47,185 nucleotides of DNA from Pelomyxa schiedti (lineage: Eukaryota; Protista; Evosea), in assembly GCA_020536535.1 (NCBI GenBank), contig JAHLWZ010000630.1, positions 1 to 47,185 on the forward strand. The letters run 5' to 3'. The notes under the pieces were generated by a model that saw nothing but the letters and a program-made list of their open reading frames with translations, did not search any database and was not told where the DNA came from. This document shows positions 23,701 to 36,300 of this stretch, piece after piece. The first letter of the stretch is position 1, and every line of letters begins with the position of its first letter. The translations under genes were made by a program, and so were the position numbers.

Positions 23701-26700
23701 TTGAATAGCTTATTTTATTTGATCCAAAACCGCTCTTCAGAAATGAGGGACAATGTCTTTATCATCCTTCTTATCTCTTTGTGACTGAGACTATTTTTGC
23801 CAAGTATACATTTACTTATTCCTTCACATAATTAAATGGAGATACGATAGTATGATGAACAAGCACTATGTAAATGACACTGAGAAGTGGGCTTTCTGTG
23901 GGTCTGTTCTCCACTGGATGAAACATGTGCACTTCCCCTTTTTAGTCCTATCCACTCTTATGACCCTCAACAAATGTTCACAGATATTAAGTCTATATTC
24001 TCCCCACGTGGAAGATGCCATTGCCATCAAAGTTCCAAGCTCTGCCATTCCACATCCAGGTCTGATGCTCCTTGTTGACATCCTTGGGGGTGGCCCAATT
24101 CTTAGGAGTCTATTGAAGTTCCTTCTAGACTACACCGTAATTTCTTTTTCCCTGTTGCTTTTTTCCCTTACTTCTACCCAGCAGCCGTCTGGTATCCCGC
24201 CGGACTCCTGCTTTCCTTGTGTGCAGCTTGTCTTTGAGGTACTTCCCAACGAACAGTTATTCCAGTTCAAGAGACCATATAGATTATTTTGCTAGTAATC
24301 GAAAAGCAAGAGGACGTTATCAGATTCATCACGAACTCTCACGCACCCTTCTCATTACACATGTTGCACACACACCTCCGGGACAAGCAAGGTAATTACT
24401 TCATTCTTGTGCCTAACTCATTTTTTTTTTTTTAGCCATCATGAAATTCGTTGGTTTTTTGAAAGGGGAGCTACCAGCACAAATAATCCTGTGCAACCTA
24501 ACTTTTTTGGGCTATCTGAGCAAGAAATCAGTGGGCTCAATACCAACACACATTAATCAACCTAATGATCACCAAGGACAAAGGAGCCCAATTGATCCTC
24601 GGCATGCCTGACGAAGAAAGGAAAGTTCTCATTTCTATGCTAGTATACCTCATCATGTACACAAAAACCTGATTGTTTTTGTTCTAACCTTTCCCCGTAG
24701 AAAGAACCCTCCTCTGTTGGAAGGTGGTCCCACTCCAACAGGACCTAAGTCTCCCCAATCACATCTCTCTTACCTGTCTCACCACAATTCAGGGAAATGA
24801 GGTGGTATGTTTTGAGATACTTAATAGACAACGTAACTGGCACCAAAACTTTGGGTCTTGCCTTGCTTGGATTGCATGCAAAAATACAGGTATTCAAAAT
24901 TCAAAATTTAAAAACAAATGAATGGAAAATAAAAAAGCGCACGGACTTGGTCCATCTGCCTTATGCCTCTCCAGTCCATGCTGTGCTGGATATATTGAGT
25001 GAGGGTGGTGCCGCAGAGGCCAAGTCTAGCCCCGACACCTTTGCGTTGTGCTTTGAATTTCTCTACCACCTTCTGAATTCTCGTTCAACGTTCACAGCCG
25101 TAGCTGATTTTCTTCAAAGTCAAGGTAATAAGAGATTGAAGTCTTATGAAATTCCTTCACACTAATTTGCCACACAGAGTTCTTCCATAGGCAACTCCCT
25201 ATCCTTGTCACACTTATTCGAAATGCACACCGCGAAGGTGCAACTGCGCCGGTAACTTTGGCAGTGTCTTGGTTCATAAAAGTTTGTACTATTAAAAGTT
25301 CTTGTACCTGTAACCTTCACATAATAGTCTATGACACTCATAGTAAGCATGATACCCAATCAACTCTTTGCAAGTAGACTACTCGGTTTGCTTTTCCCTA
25401 GTGGTAGTTCTTTTGGAAATCTTTTCCGTAGCTTACACTGTTCATTCAGATTTACAGGAATCCCAAAACTCCATCATAAGTCTTCTTTCTGGTACGCCTG
25501 TTCTGTCCAACACATCATTTCATTTATCTTTCTTCCCACAGTCTTTCAGGCAATTCCTGTTGGTTCATCCGATATGGAGGTAATTTCGCTTTGAGTTAAC
25601 ATTGTATTAATGTCCATTCCAAGGACATACAAAGTACTCCAGTAAATAATCATTTGGGCGGACTTGAAACATGTTGCAGAGCACTGAAGCAACTCTTTGT
25701 TATTTTCTTTTCTCCCGCCATTTTCCAGTATCTCGGGTTCTCCCTCATATTTTCTCAGTCGTTTTCTTAGCCCTTACTCCAGCGAAAACTCATACGACAC
25801 GCTCTTCGCTACTGCAGCTCGAATGTGTAAAATACTAGAGGAGATAAATGCTTCATACCAATCCCAGCGCCCTCCAACTGTTGTGCTCTCACTTACAGAA
25901 AGTCTTGTTGCTGTGACTGCAGTTTTTACACAAAGTGCAGAATTGATTCAATATGGTTGGTAACCTTAGGAACCCCTTTCTTTGTTCTCACTTAGAAGAT
26001 AACAGGACCCAGTACTTTATTTCAACCACAAGTCGTACAAACTCTCGTTCATGCATATTTATCCGCTAGGAGTGATTTTAATATCAGGGGAAACTTACTT
26101 TCAAGCACCCTTCAGATCCTGTTGTGTGTCTCCTTCACAATCAATCTTGCCCTAAGTCCCAAACTAGGTATCTTAACGCAGTGAGTCATACGAGCACCCC
26201 CCAGGTAGTTTCTCCTCGATGACTACTGTGAGGTTTTTTAATATAACTCAGTTGATCAAATCTGCTGTGACTCTTATCAAACCATCATACTCGACGTTTT
26301 TGGAACAAGTCTGCTCAGATGCACTTACAGCTCCTGATGCATGGAAGGCGGTGGTATGATGACTGAAAATTTGTTGTAAGAATCTGAATTCATTTCATGC
26401 AATAGGCACTGAGCATGTTGGACTTCCTTGTGGCTGTTGATAGCGTGGGAGATGTTATGGCAGTCATAACTTCACGAGGTCATCTTTTGGCAATGGTGAT
26501 GAAATTGCCAAGTGCGCTTAACCCAAGCGGTATGTTTTGCCCTTACTCTTTCCCTGGGGTATTGAAGTAGACTCATTTGATATCAGCTATAGAATCTAGT
26601 TCACTTGCGTACCAATCTTTAACTTCATTTCTTCTTCGTGTGGCTTCTCACCCAGAGGGGGCAATGCACTTGGCTCAAGAAGGTATCATACACATTATTG

Positions 26701-28092
26701 GTGAGTGTCCCTGGTTAGAGGTACCAATGAAAGGTAAAATACATTTTGGCACCCACCCAAACAAATAATCCAACCCGGCGCAGGCACTATTTGGTCAAGA
26801 CACTACAGTCGGTGGTGTGAAAGGATTCTGCAGCTCATCAACTGTCTGTTGATCACACTGAAAGGCAATGTTGAACTTGCCACTCAGGTATAATGGAAGG
26901 GAGTTCATTGTGCTGTACTGACCACTTTTTTTTTTTGTTTTTTGTTCTCAAGGTTGCCTCTCTAGTTCAAGCCAAGTACTCAGAATTTTCGTATTTCCTT
27001 CGTGATGATGAAGCGAACTCAAGCTTAAGCTGTTCACAGCGCAGTCCGTTGCATAATATATCCCTCACTATCTCCCTGTTCTACATTCTATATTCCTGTA
27101 GATATTCGGAAGTTACGACCATTGTGTGTAGTTTATGAGTGATCTCGGCCTCTCCGTAACTCGTGACATTTAGCTTCTGACAACTGAAGAGGTATTCCAT
27201 GCAGTTATCATGAATTGCTTCAATAAGTATTGTTGCGATTCTCCCTGGCCACAACAGGTTGTAACCGAACTTGCATCTCTGGGTAGGTTTTTCCCCCCAC
27301 CATGTCTCCTTGGCTTAATAAAAACACAGATCCAGCTAAGCGAGGACTAGCAACAGAGAACCTGAACTTATCCGCTCAGAATATCTGCAGCTACGTTGTG
27401 TTATATTCCCGGGCCAGAATAGAGTCCACCATTGCTGCATCAGGTTTGATTTTGTCTCTGTATTTTCTTGGTGTGTCAACAAAATGCCTCCAGGAAAACC
27501 GCAGTTATTCTTTTCTTTGGAAGAGGAACCTTCAACCATGGATGAAACCTGCAAGCAGTCCACATTACGCCACCTGGTAACTTTCATCAAAAAAATTGGA
27601 AGAAGAGAGCTCTTTGAAGGATCCGCCAAAGGAAACAAGAGGTTTTTGTTTGGTAAGGGCATCCTCACATCCCCGCTTTTCTTCCGTTTGTTCACTCACT
27701 ATTTCCAAGGTGTTGTGGAAAGTGCCCTGCTTTTGCTCTGGAGACAAACCGAGGTGGCACTACAACAACAACCAACCGGACCCCGTGCCCCTGTGCGTTT
27801 TTGCTCTCAATACTTACTAACAATCCCATCAACTAATTATTGTATAATAAATACTTTACCGGTAATTACAGCCGGAAACCCACAGCAAAACTTTTCTAAC
27901 AGTTAAACAAACAAACCACACAACACCCCAAACACAAAACAGAAAGCCAGGAGCGAAATTACACAACTTCTTACTGAGAACTGCCCACCAGTTCCACCAC
28001 TACTTCAGTCCCTCAGTGACTTGGAGCTAGTGATGAAACCCAACATCATAGCAACTACAACCAGACAACTTCGTCAACTCCTTAAAATGTAG
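20701..28092 (+). CDS. NUP205: Nucleoporin Nup205/Nup192 homologue, many short introns
   Basis: Family-like segments in order: ISGLLDLNEESAAELLL; GIKNDFENESSQGVYEHSR; YVNDTEKWAF; HPGLMLLVDILGGGPILRSLL; TLGLALLG; VHAVLDIL; LCFEFLYHL..FLQSQ-EFFHRQL; VCSDALT; YQSLTSFLLRVASHPEGAMHLAQEG. Likely stop TAG at 28090-28092. Confidence 0.85.
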
Positions 28093-28167
28093 TTGACTGT
28101 TACCAAAAAAAAATCATAGAGTCAATGAAAAATACTTTTTTTTTGTTTGAAATGACTGACTAGTTGT

Positions 28168-31100
28168 TTACATGAAGCAGAAGACTTCATGCTTGAGCTT
28201 ACCAAGAAGACAAATTTCTTCTTTACTGAGTTCAGTGCCGTACTGCTTCTTCAGAGCGGCCAAGCTTTCGGGAGTTATCTTTGTGAACGCGGTTAATTTT
28301 ATTTAGTTTGTTCAAGGGCTGGGTCACCTCTGAGACGAGAAGGTCGAGGTTGTCAAAGTGCCTTCCGTACATGTACTGCTGTTGGCCCTGTCGCTGTTCA
28401 ATGCGGAGGCAAACTTCTTCACCCTTGTTGCCCTGTGGTACTGTGCGGTTGTTGACTTCGATTGATGCCACTCGTCCAACGGATATGAACTGATACAACG
28501 TTAGATAAGGAATAAGAAAACCCAGGAAAATTGACCTTCTTGGAAGGGACGCACAAAGGTGTGCCCACACGCACAGAGCCATCTCTGACAGCCACACCTA
28601 CGATAATAGGATCGCGGGTGGCAAATACAAACTGCGGAAGGACTTCCAGAATACAAGGCCATATAACCTCCCCAGATTTGTTTGCGGCTTCTTTCTCGGC
28701 TAGGCTTTTTGAAGGTTAATTAAGGCTACGACGGAAGGAAAGAGTTAACGTACTCGATATTCTTTATATATTCAGTGAATTGATCAAACAGATGATAAAT
28801 AATGTCTGCTCTAAATATGGTCACTCCATTGGTTGCTGCTATCTCCTCAGCTTCTCTCTCTATCCGAACATCAAAAGCGAGAATTACAGCAAATCTTCGA
28901 ATCAAGGTTAGAGAGTGTCACTTCGAAAGATATCGGGTATACTTTCGCGTTGCTGGCTTATCGATCATGACTGAAGCTTTGATGACATCCTTTTTGTGAA
29001 CAGGCCCAAGATTAATGGCGAACACGGGAATGTTGCTTTCTTTAAGGAAAACAAGTAGAGCCTCAAGTGAACCAAGAGTAGAGGCTTGAACGTATACACC
29101 AACCCCGCTCTTGTCGACTTTTGCTTGCATGTTCTTCAAATCTCTTTGCACTTCTTCCTGAAAGGAATGTGGGTGTGGAGCCAATACGCAAAAAGGGTAC
29201 AAACCCTCAGTTCATCAACAGACACAGGTCCATCTGGGTGGTACACCAATAAACTACTTCCAGCAACAGCTTCATCCAGGTTGGCTGCGGCGATTTTTAC
29301 ACCCATAGCTGCTCGGACTTCGTCACAATGCTCGTAGGGACTCTATTGTAGAGAAAAAGAAAAAATTAGATGTGGAACTAGGCTGACGATTTTATGGTAA
29401 TTACCTTGACCCTCATCTCCCTTAGAGGTTGTGGTATGAGCAGAGCCCGAATTGTCGTGACAATTGGCTCGTGCATTCCACAAACAACAATGGTGTCACC
29501 TTGATGAAGGACTCCATTCACAAGTATGACATCTATGCAGGTTCCTAGACCCTCCGTGACTTTCACCTGAAATTTGCGACTAACTTGAGCTCAAAGAATA
29601 GAAGAAAGATCTGGTAACCTCCAGCACTGTGCATTGAAGTTTGTCTTCAAGGAACAACAGGCGACTTGACATTCGAGTTTGTGTGAGTCTCACAAGCAAG
29701 TACAGTAAATCAGGAATGCCTTCCCCTGTACTGTACTCTCATTGGTAAAAAGTTGTAAAAAAGGAGGAAATTTTACATTGCAGAAGTTGGAACTAGAGAC
29801 ACCCAACGGGCCATGTCCTAATACATGGTTAGATCACAAAAATCTTCTGGCAAGTGTCATACGGTATTCTCGTAGTATAAACAGGCATTCAGATTTTGAA
29901 CGGCAAACTGGGCAATGGTTTCTTTCACACGTCGCTCATACTCATATCGCACCTAAGGAAATGGGTTACCAACGGATAAGATACAGAACACCAACACACA
30001 TCAGGGGTCTGCCTTTCAAGAGCGTCACGTATAGGAGCATTGCCGAATGCCTTCCAGCTGTACAGGCAATCGACCTAGAGAAAACCCAGTTCAACAACTA
30101 AAAACCCAACGCATTTCGCTTACCTTATTGAGAGCCACAACAAAAGGAGTTTTCCTTTCCCTCAACATATTTATGGACTCGATTGTCTGCGGTTCTAATC
30201 CGTGCATCAGATCGACAACAAGGATTGCAATGTCGCACAATGACGAGCCACGAGAACTAAACAATTTTAGTGGGTAGAACCCTTGTGAAAAAAATTACCG
30301 CAAATTGGAAAAAGAGGCATGTCCAGGGGTATCAATAATAAGCAGACCAGGAACTTTGTAAGCCAAAGGAGCTTGCTAAAGAAACCAGATTAAAACTGGG
30401 GGGAAAAAAACAAGCTCGCAAACCTCAGTCAATCTCTTGGTGAGAACTTTGATTGTTTCCATGGGGAAGTATGATGCACCGATCTGTTGGGTAATACCTC
30501 CAACCTCACCTATTTTCTTTTGTTAAAAAAAAGAAAAAGACTGAGGAAGATGAATTGTTACCATCCTGCACATTGGTTCTTCGGATTTTGTCCAGAAGTT
30601 TCTTGAAGGTATAATTGAGTACACAACAGAACTACAAACTGGGTGACATACAGTTTTTCCGGTATCGACGTGGCCAAGAACACAACATATAGGAGACCTC
30701 ATCTCCTTGACTACTGGTTCGGCTGGTGCTGGAGCCTCGGTGGCAACCTTGGTGGCCGCCTTTTTAGCCCCTTTGGTTGCCTTGGCATTTGAAGGGCCAG
30801 AGGTCTTGGCTCCTTTTGTTGCTGGTGCGGATGCGGCCGGTTTGGCGCTGTCTTTAATTGGTGCCACCTTAGTTGCACCTTTGGACTTGATGATAACATT
30901 TTCATCAAGGGCAGCTAAAAGAACATTAGAAAACAATCGAATAAGAAGTAAACACACCTTCCCAGCTGTCAAGTGCTTCAGTATGTCCATCTGGCTTAGT
31001 TTCAACTTTAATGTCTTTGGTTGTCTCCGCTTTGGCACTTGCTTGTACTTCTTTCACATCCGTCTCTACGGCAGGCTGGGCACTCTCTTGAGGGTCTGGC

Positions 31101-32406
31101 GTAGGTACCTTATCAGTGGTACTTTCGTTGGATGGTGATGTGGCACCTCCCTCTTGTGGTTGTTCCTTCGTTTGGGTGAGCATGATTCAGTCCAGGAAAA
31201 AGAAAAAGATACTCTAGCCTCTTTAGATTTGGAACTCCAGGTCTTTGGGGTTTTCTGAACAACACCACCAGATGTAACCTCTATGCCAAGGCGTTGAAGA
31301 GCCAGAAGTCGTTTATTGTTGTCTTCTATTTCCTTCCGTTTCTTATCCCGCTCTTTCTTTTTTTCCTATGTACCGTTAACCACTCGAGAAGCCAAACGTT
31401 CATAAATGCCTTGTTAATGTGCCTCTGGATTTCGAGTTTTCTCTCTCTTTCTGCTTCTTCAGCCTCTCTTTTCTTTGCGTCCTCCATTTCCTTGGGTTTC
31501 GTAAGGAAACGAATGAAAAGAGAGGAAAAGAAATAACCTTGCGGCGCCTCTGTTCTGCTTCTTTGCGTAATCTTTCCTCTTCCTCCTGGCGTTTCCGAAT
31601 TGCCTCCAGCATCAAGGCTTTTCTTTCAATTGCCTTTTCTTTTGCTGACTTGACAGCGGGCTTCTTGGCTTTGTCTGCTTTCTTGGGCTTCGATTCTGTT
31701 TCTGGGGGTGCTTCTTCACTTGCAGTTGATGATATTGCAGCTGCAGGCTCCGTGGACTCCGCGCTTGTTGTGGGGACTTCAGGCTTTTCTTTCAAATCGG
31801 ACTGGGCAGGGGATTTCTGGACCTCGGTATCCACAGTGCTTGCATCGGTACTTGCTTTGGGAGAAACCTTGGTTACAGCAGGTGTGGTGGTACCCACTTG
31901 TTCTTGTTCAGGGACTTTCTCAGCTTCAGAGGGTGCCGGCTTGGATTTAGTTGCCGCAACGTCTGTTGTACTGATTTCATTCTCACTGGTCTCCGCTGGA
32001 AGGTAAGCACTGTCATCTTGGGCTTTGCCTTTCTTTCCTGGCTTGGCAGACTTCTTGGTGCCTTGGGAAGCAGCATTGTTTTCAGGCTTGTTGGCTGGAG
32101 ACTTTTTGGAAGAATTCTTGTCGTTTTTAGGACCTTTTTGAAGGTTAACAGTTCTGTCTGTACCAATGACACTTACCAGGCTTGGTTTCTGGTTTACCCT
32201 CAACTGCGGTTTTCTTGGCCTGCGGAACATCACCAAAACAAAAAAAAAAAGGAAAAGAAGTGCAAACATACAGGTTTAGTGGCCACCTTTGCGGGGGCTG
32301 GGTCTGCCTTTGTGTCACTCTGTGGGGCAGGGGTGCTTTCTTCGTCTGCGTCGGCAGCGATGTAGAAATCTTCCGCTGCCTCGTTCTTCTTTTTGCCCTT
32401 CGGCAT
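28168..32406 (-). CDS. EIF5B: Eukaryotic translation initiation factor 5B
   Basis: [69 protein letters not shown] and YGRHFD, with a long K/E/A/P-rich N-terminus. ATG at 32406, TAA at 28170-28168. Confidence 0.96.
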
Positions 32407-33343
32407 TGACAAGTAGTTGTGCGGTGCCGCTGCTCAAGCAGAGCTTGCTTGTTTTTGTGTCGGCTGTGAAAGTGAAAGCAGTAGTGGAGTTGGAGTTGGC
32501 AACAGAGAGGAGGAGATCAGAGTGTGTTGCTGCCGACGACGGTCTGGAGCCGAGGGAACAGGGGAAGTGGCCCTGAGAAGTAGCGATGGTGAGGAAGGTG
32601 AATGAGGCGGGAGCAGCGGTGCTATCGACCGTTTCTTCGCTCGTTCCTTGTGTGGATGGGTTGCGGGGTTTTTTCACGCCTTGTGTGGGACCGCGCGATC
32701 TACGCTCAAACTACTCCTTTGTATTGACGTCTATGTCGGTGATCCGGTGTACGGTACTCGTGCGGACGAGATTGTTTTTGTTTCGAAATGTTATATTTTT
32801 TTCTACTGCTTTCTTCTGATCCTCAGTTGCACATCTTCAAAGTGATTCGTTTCTCATCTGGCATCAGTTCCCTGCCAGGAACCCAGGCACCACCGTACCC
32901 CTTTCTTCAATAGGGTTGATGTTCTCTTGACACATTGAAACGGTTCTTCCTCCTCAGTAACTCACACCAGTCTGTGGAACAAGCATCCCTCAGATCTACT
33001 GTTGTGAGGTTTCCCTGATTGGCTCAGCAACCCATCGTGCAGTCCATCTCTTGATTGGAGTCGGCTCAGCGCCATTTTTTTGCACAACAGGTCCAGCTCC
33101 ACGTGGACGAAATACGTTCTCGGGTTCCCATCCACACCGGCGAAAGCCATAACATCCACACGCATTCGCCGATGGAAAGTTCACTCGTCCACGTTGATCA
33201 CCCGAATTCCACAGTTCCAATCAATTTTAAATCCACACCCAACCAACAAACCGCAAACACAAAACACAGAAAATAAAAAACCAACAAACGCACAAGAGCC
33301 GTACAAGCACTACACTACAAAGAAGTCACAACAAAAAACACAA

Positions 33344-36300
33344 ATGGACAGCACCTCCACACATGATATTGACCCTGCTGAGAATAGTAACAGAAACAGC
33401 ACCTTCCATGTTGTAGATCAGGATCAACAGCAGCGCCCACCACCCACAACCACCACAACCACCACAACTACAACTAGTTATAGTAGCACCGCTAGTGCTA
33501 GTCAAGGTGTCGGTGGTGCGGCCGAGGAGCCGTCGTCCCATAACAACAACGCGGCCGGCGCCGCCGCATCCACGCAGGAGCAGCAGCAGCAAAAGCACAA
33601 GAAGCGCCACAGGAAGCCCAAGACTGTGCACGTGGATGTCAGCGACTCGGACACCCACAATCGCAGTCGGCCGCATCAGCAGCAGCAGCACGGCCACCAG
33701 CGCCGGCCCTCCCAGGGCGGCGAAGTCACAGGCTCGGAGGGCTCCCAGATGAGCCGCCCAAACAGCAACGCCGGCGACGACTTGTACACTAGCAACAACA
33801 ACAACAATAATGGGACCGGCAACATCAACCCAGAAGCCTACGGCGTGGAACTGGAAGGAATTCTCGTTTCGCAGCCTCCCGAAAATGGCGAGGCAGGGGA
33901 CGAAGAGGGCGACCGCGAGGACGAGCCCATCAGGGAAGAGGGCTCTGATGTCCTGGATGCAATTTCCGGGGGCCATTCTTCCCACTCGTCGTCCACGCTT
34001 TCTTCCGGATCCACATCACATGCCTGGAGTGACATAGACAAATCCGAAACTACTTTGGGCTTCTGGAGGATTCAATTTGGTAATTTTTTTTATTTTTTTG
34101 TTTTTCCCCTTTTCCCCCCCCCTTTTTGGGTTGGAAAATTAACTGCGAATTGATGTATAGGTATTGCGCAGAAGTTGTGCTTCCATATTATGCAGTACTC
34201 TCCTTTTACATTGTACATGACAATTCTCGTGGTTCTGGAGTTGGCTCAACTTGTCACATTCCCTTTAAGATTAGTTCTTATACCACCCACGGAAGAGATT
34301 GCTGTATACTCCTCGTCATCGTACGAATCACTGTTATCCTCATCATCAGGCGTATCGGGCTCGGACAACTCCAGTGCGAGTAGTGTTGCATCTTTTACTT
34401 CTAAACGGCCTGACTCTGCAGCTGTGTGGGTATGGCGAATAATATCTTGTATTAGAGCGCCACCTTTGGCTGTCTGGGTGAGCTTCACTGCTCACATCGC
34501 GGTGACATACATTCTGTTTATATTTGTTGTATTACTGGCAGCTGCAATGGTGTTGGAGTTTTTTATAATGTACAGGGGAAGTGCGGTGCCTCACCTCAAA
34601 GTAATGCCGTTTTTCCATTATGCTACATCCCTTCTTCGAGTTCTGATGCTCCCCATGATGTTTTTCTTTCTCACAAGTGGGTTTGGTCATCGGATTTCCA
34701 TTAGTGCATTTTTCTGATGATACCCCAGACTTGAAATGTGAGGAGCTGTATTATATTTCCGCCGGCACTAGGGTGGAGTGTGACACGGACTTACAATTAT
34801 TTGTCACTTCTTTGATTGGCCTAGTCCTCACAGTCTTGCTCAGTTTAATTCATACCCTATAGTAACCTTTCCTTTTCTATTTATTCTCTTGTAACAGTAT
34901 TCATAGTCTTGTGCACGTTATTCCAAGTGCGAGCTTTTATGCTGTTTCTCACGTTCGAGTTTCTTTGTGTCTCTTCCTATGCAAATTGGGCCTGGCCACC
35001 CTGGAATTCGGGCTTTTATCTGTGCAAGCTTTAGTCTATACCATATTTGTAACAATAATGCTATTTGCGGTACTCTTTATGCAGTTCTGGTTCATGCCAT
35101 TCTATAAGAAACTGTGTAACAATATCACAGTTGTTGGGTCAGTCTTTGTTTCCCTCCTGTATTTGAGCTAACAAAAAAATCTCAGCCTTGGTATCGCTGC
35201 TGGATGCAGTGTCGCCATGATTGCATCATCTGTGCATGTAAATATTCTCATATCTGGATCTCTTTGTTGCCTTTCTCCGTTCGTTGGGATAGGTGCGAGC
35301 GATTTTCTTCATTATGAATTGTAATGCTTGATCAAACAGGCATGCTATTCCTCTCAATGCTTCGAACCCGTAGCTATGAAAAATATATCAGGGGAGTTAA
35401 ATCCTTGGATTTGTTCTATGTCAAGCACCCCTTCCAAGTACTTCCATTAAATCGTAGAATGATCTCTAACGCCACAACAGTTGGATCTATCTCTGCGATA
35501 TATGTATAATGGGAAATCAGTAACTCCTGAAGAGGCACAACTCGCAGAGCAGCTAATTGCTAAAGCCCGTGCCCAAATTTCCTCTTCACCATTCGTGCAC
35601 TTGTGCAGTGCCATTTTACTACTTGATGTATTCGACGACCTTCATGGCGGTATGCCCATTCCTACCTTTTCTCGAAACTAAGTCTGTTTTTTCCTGTGTC
35701 TCCTTTGTAACTCAGCCTCAATGCAAGCACGGACTGCTAAAAGGCTTAAACCTTTCCCCGACATCTCGTATATTTGTAGTACTGTCATCCAGACTTCTAT
35801 GCAACGAACACTGGAAGGAGACACCCGCGGAGAATTAGAATCCCGTATCTCTCAAGTTAATAAAAACATCAAGTAAGCTACACATTTAAAGCGTAAAGAC
35901 TTATTAGCCCCTAGAGTTGCTACTGCCTATGCAAATAGGTTCTGGAACTACATCTTGAGGGCACATAGTTCAGCAGCTGTGGACTCAGTCTTTAAAATTG
36001 TCCGATCCTTTGGAGAATATCAAAACAAAGTGGAACGGGAATTTGACAATCTCATGCACGCATATCCCAATAACTACAAGTACTGTGAATTTTCTTTCTT
36101 TTATGGCTCACAGTTCACCAGAGTGGTGAGAGGGTATGCCTTGTTCCTTAAAGAGGTGAAAAATGATGAAACTAATGCTGAATTGGCATTTCTTCATGCC
36201 GATGAGTTGGAAGATCAAGCCAGTAAGAAAGCAAGGTTTTTTTCTTTCTTGTTCTGGAATTGAGAACCTAACAAAGTTCTACAGTAGGACAGCAAAACCT

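Noticed and set aside
31419-32365. Long plus-strand ORFs opposite eIF5B (also 33326-33985 and 16935-17459 on the minus strand)
   Set aside because: These are antisense shadows of low-complexity or GC-rich exons.
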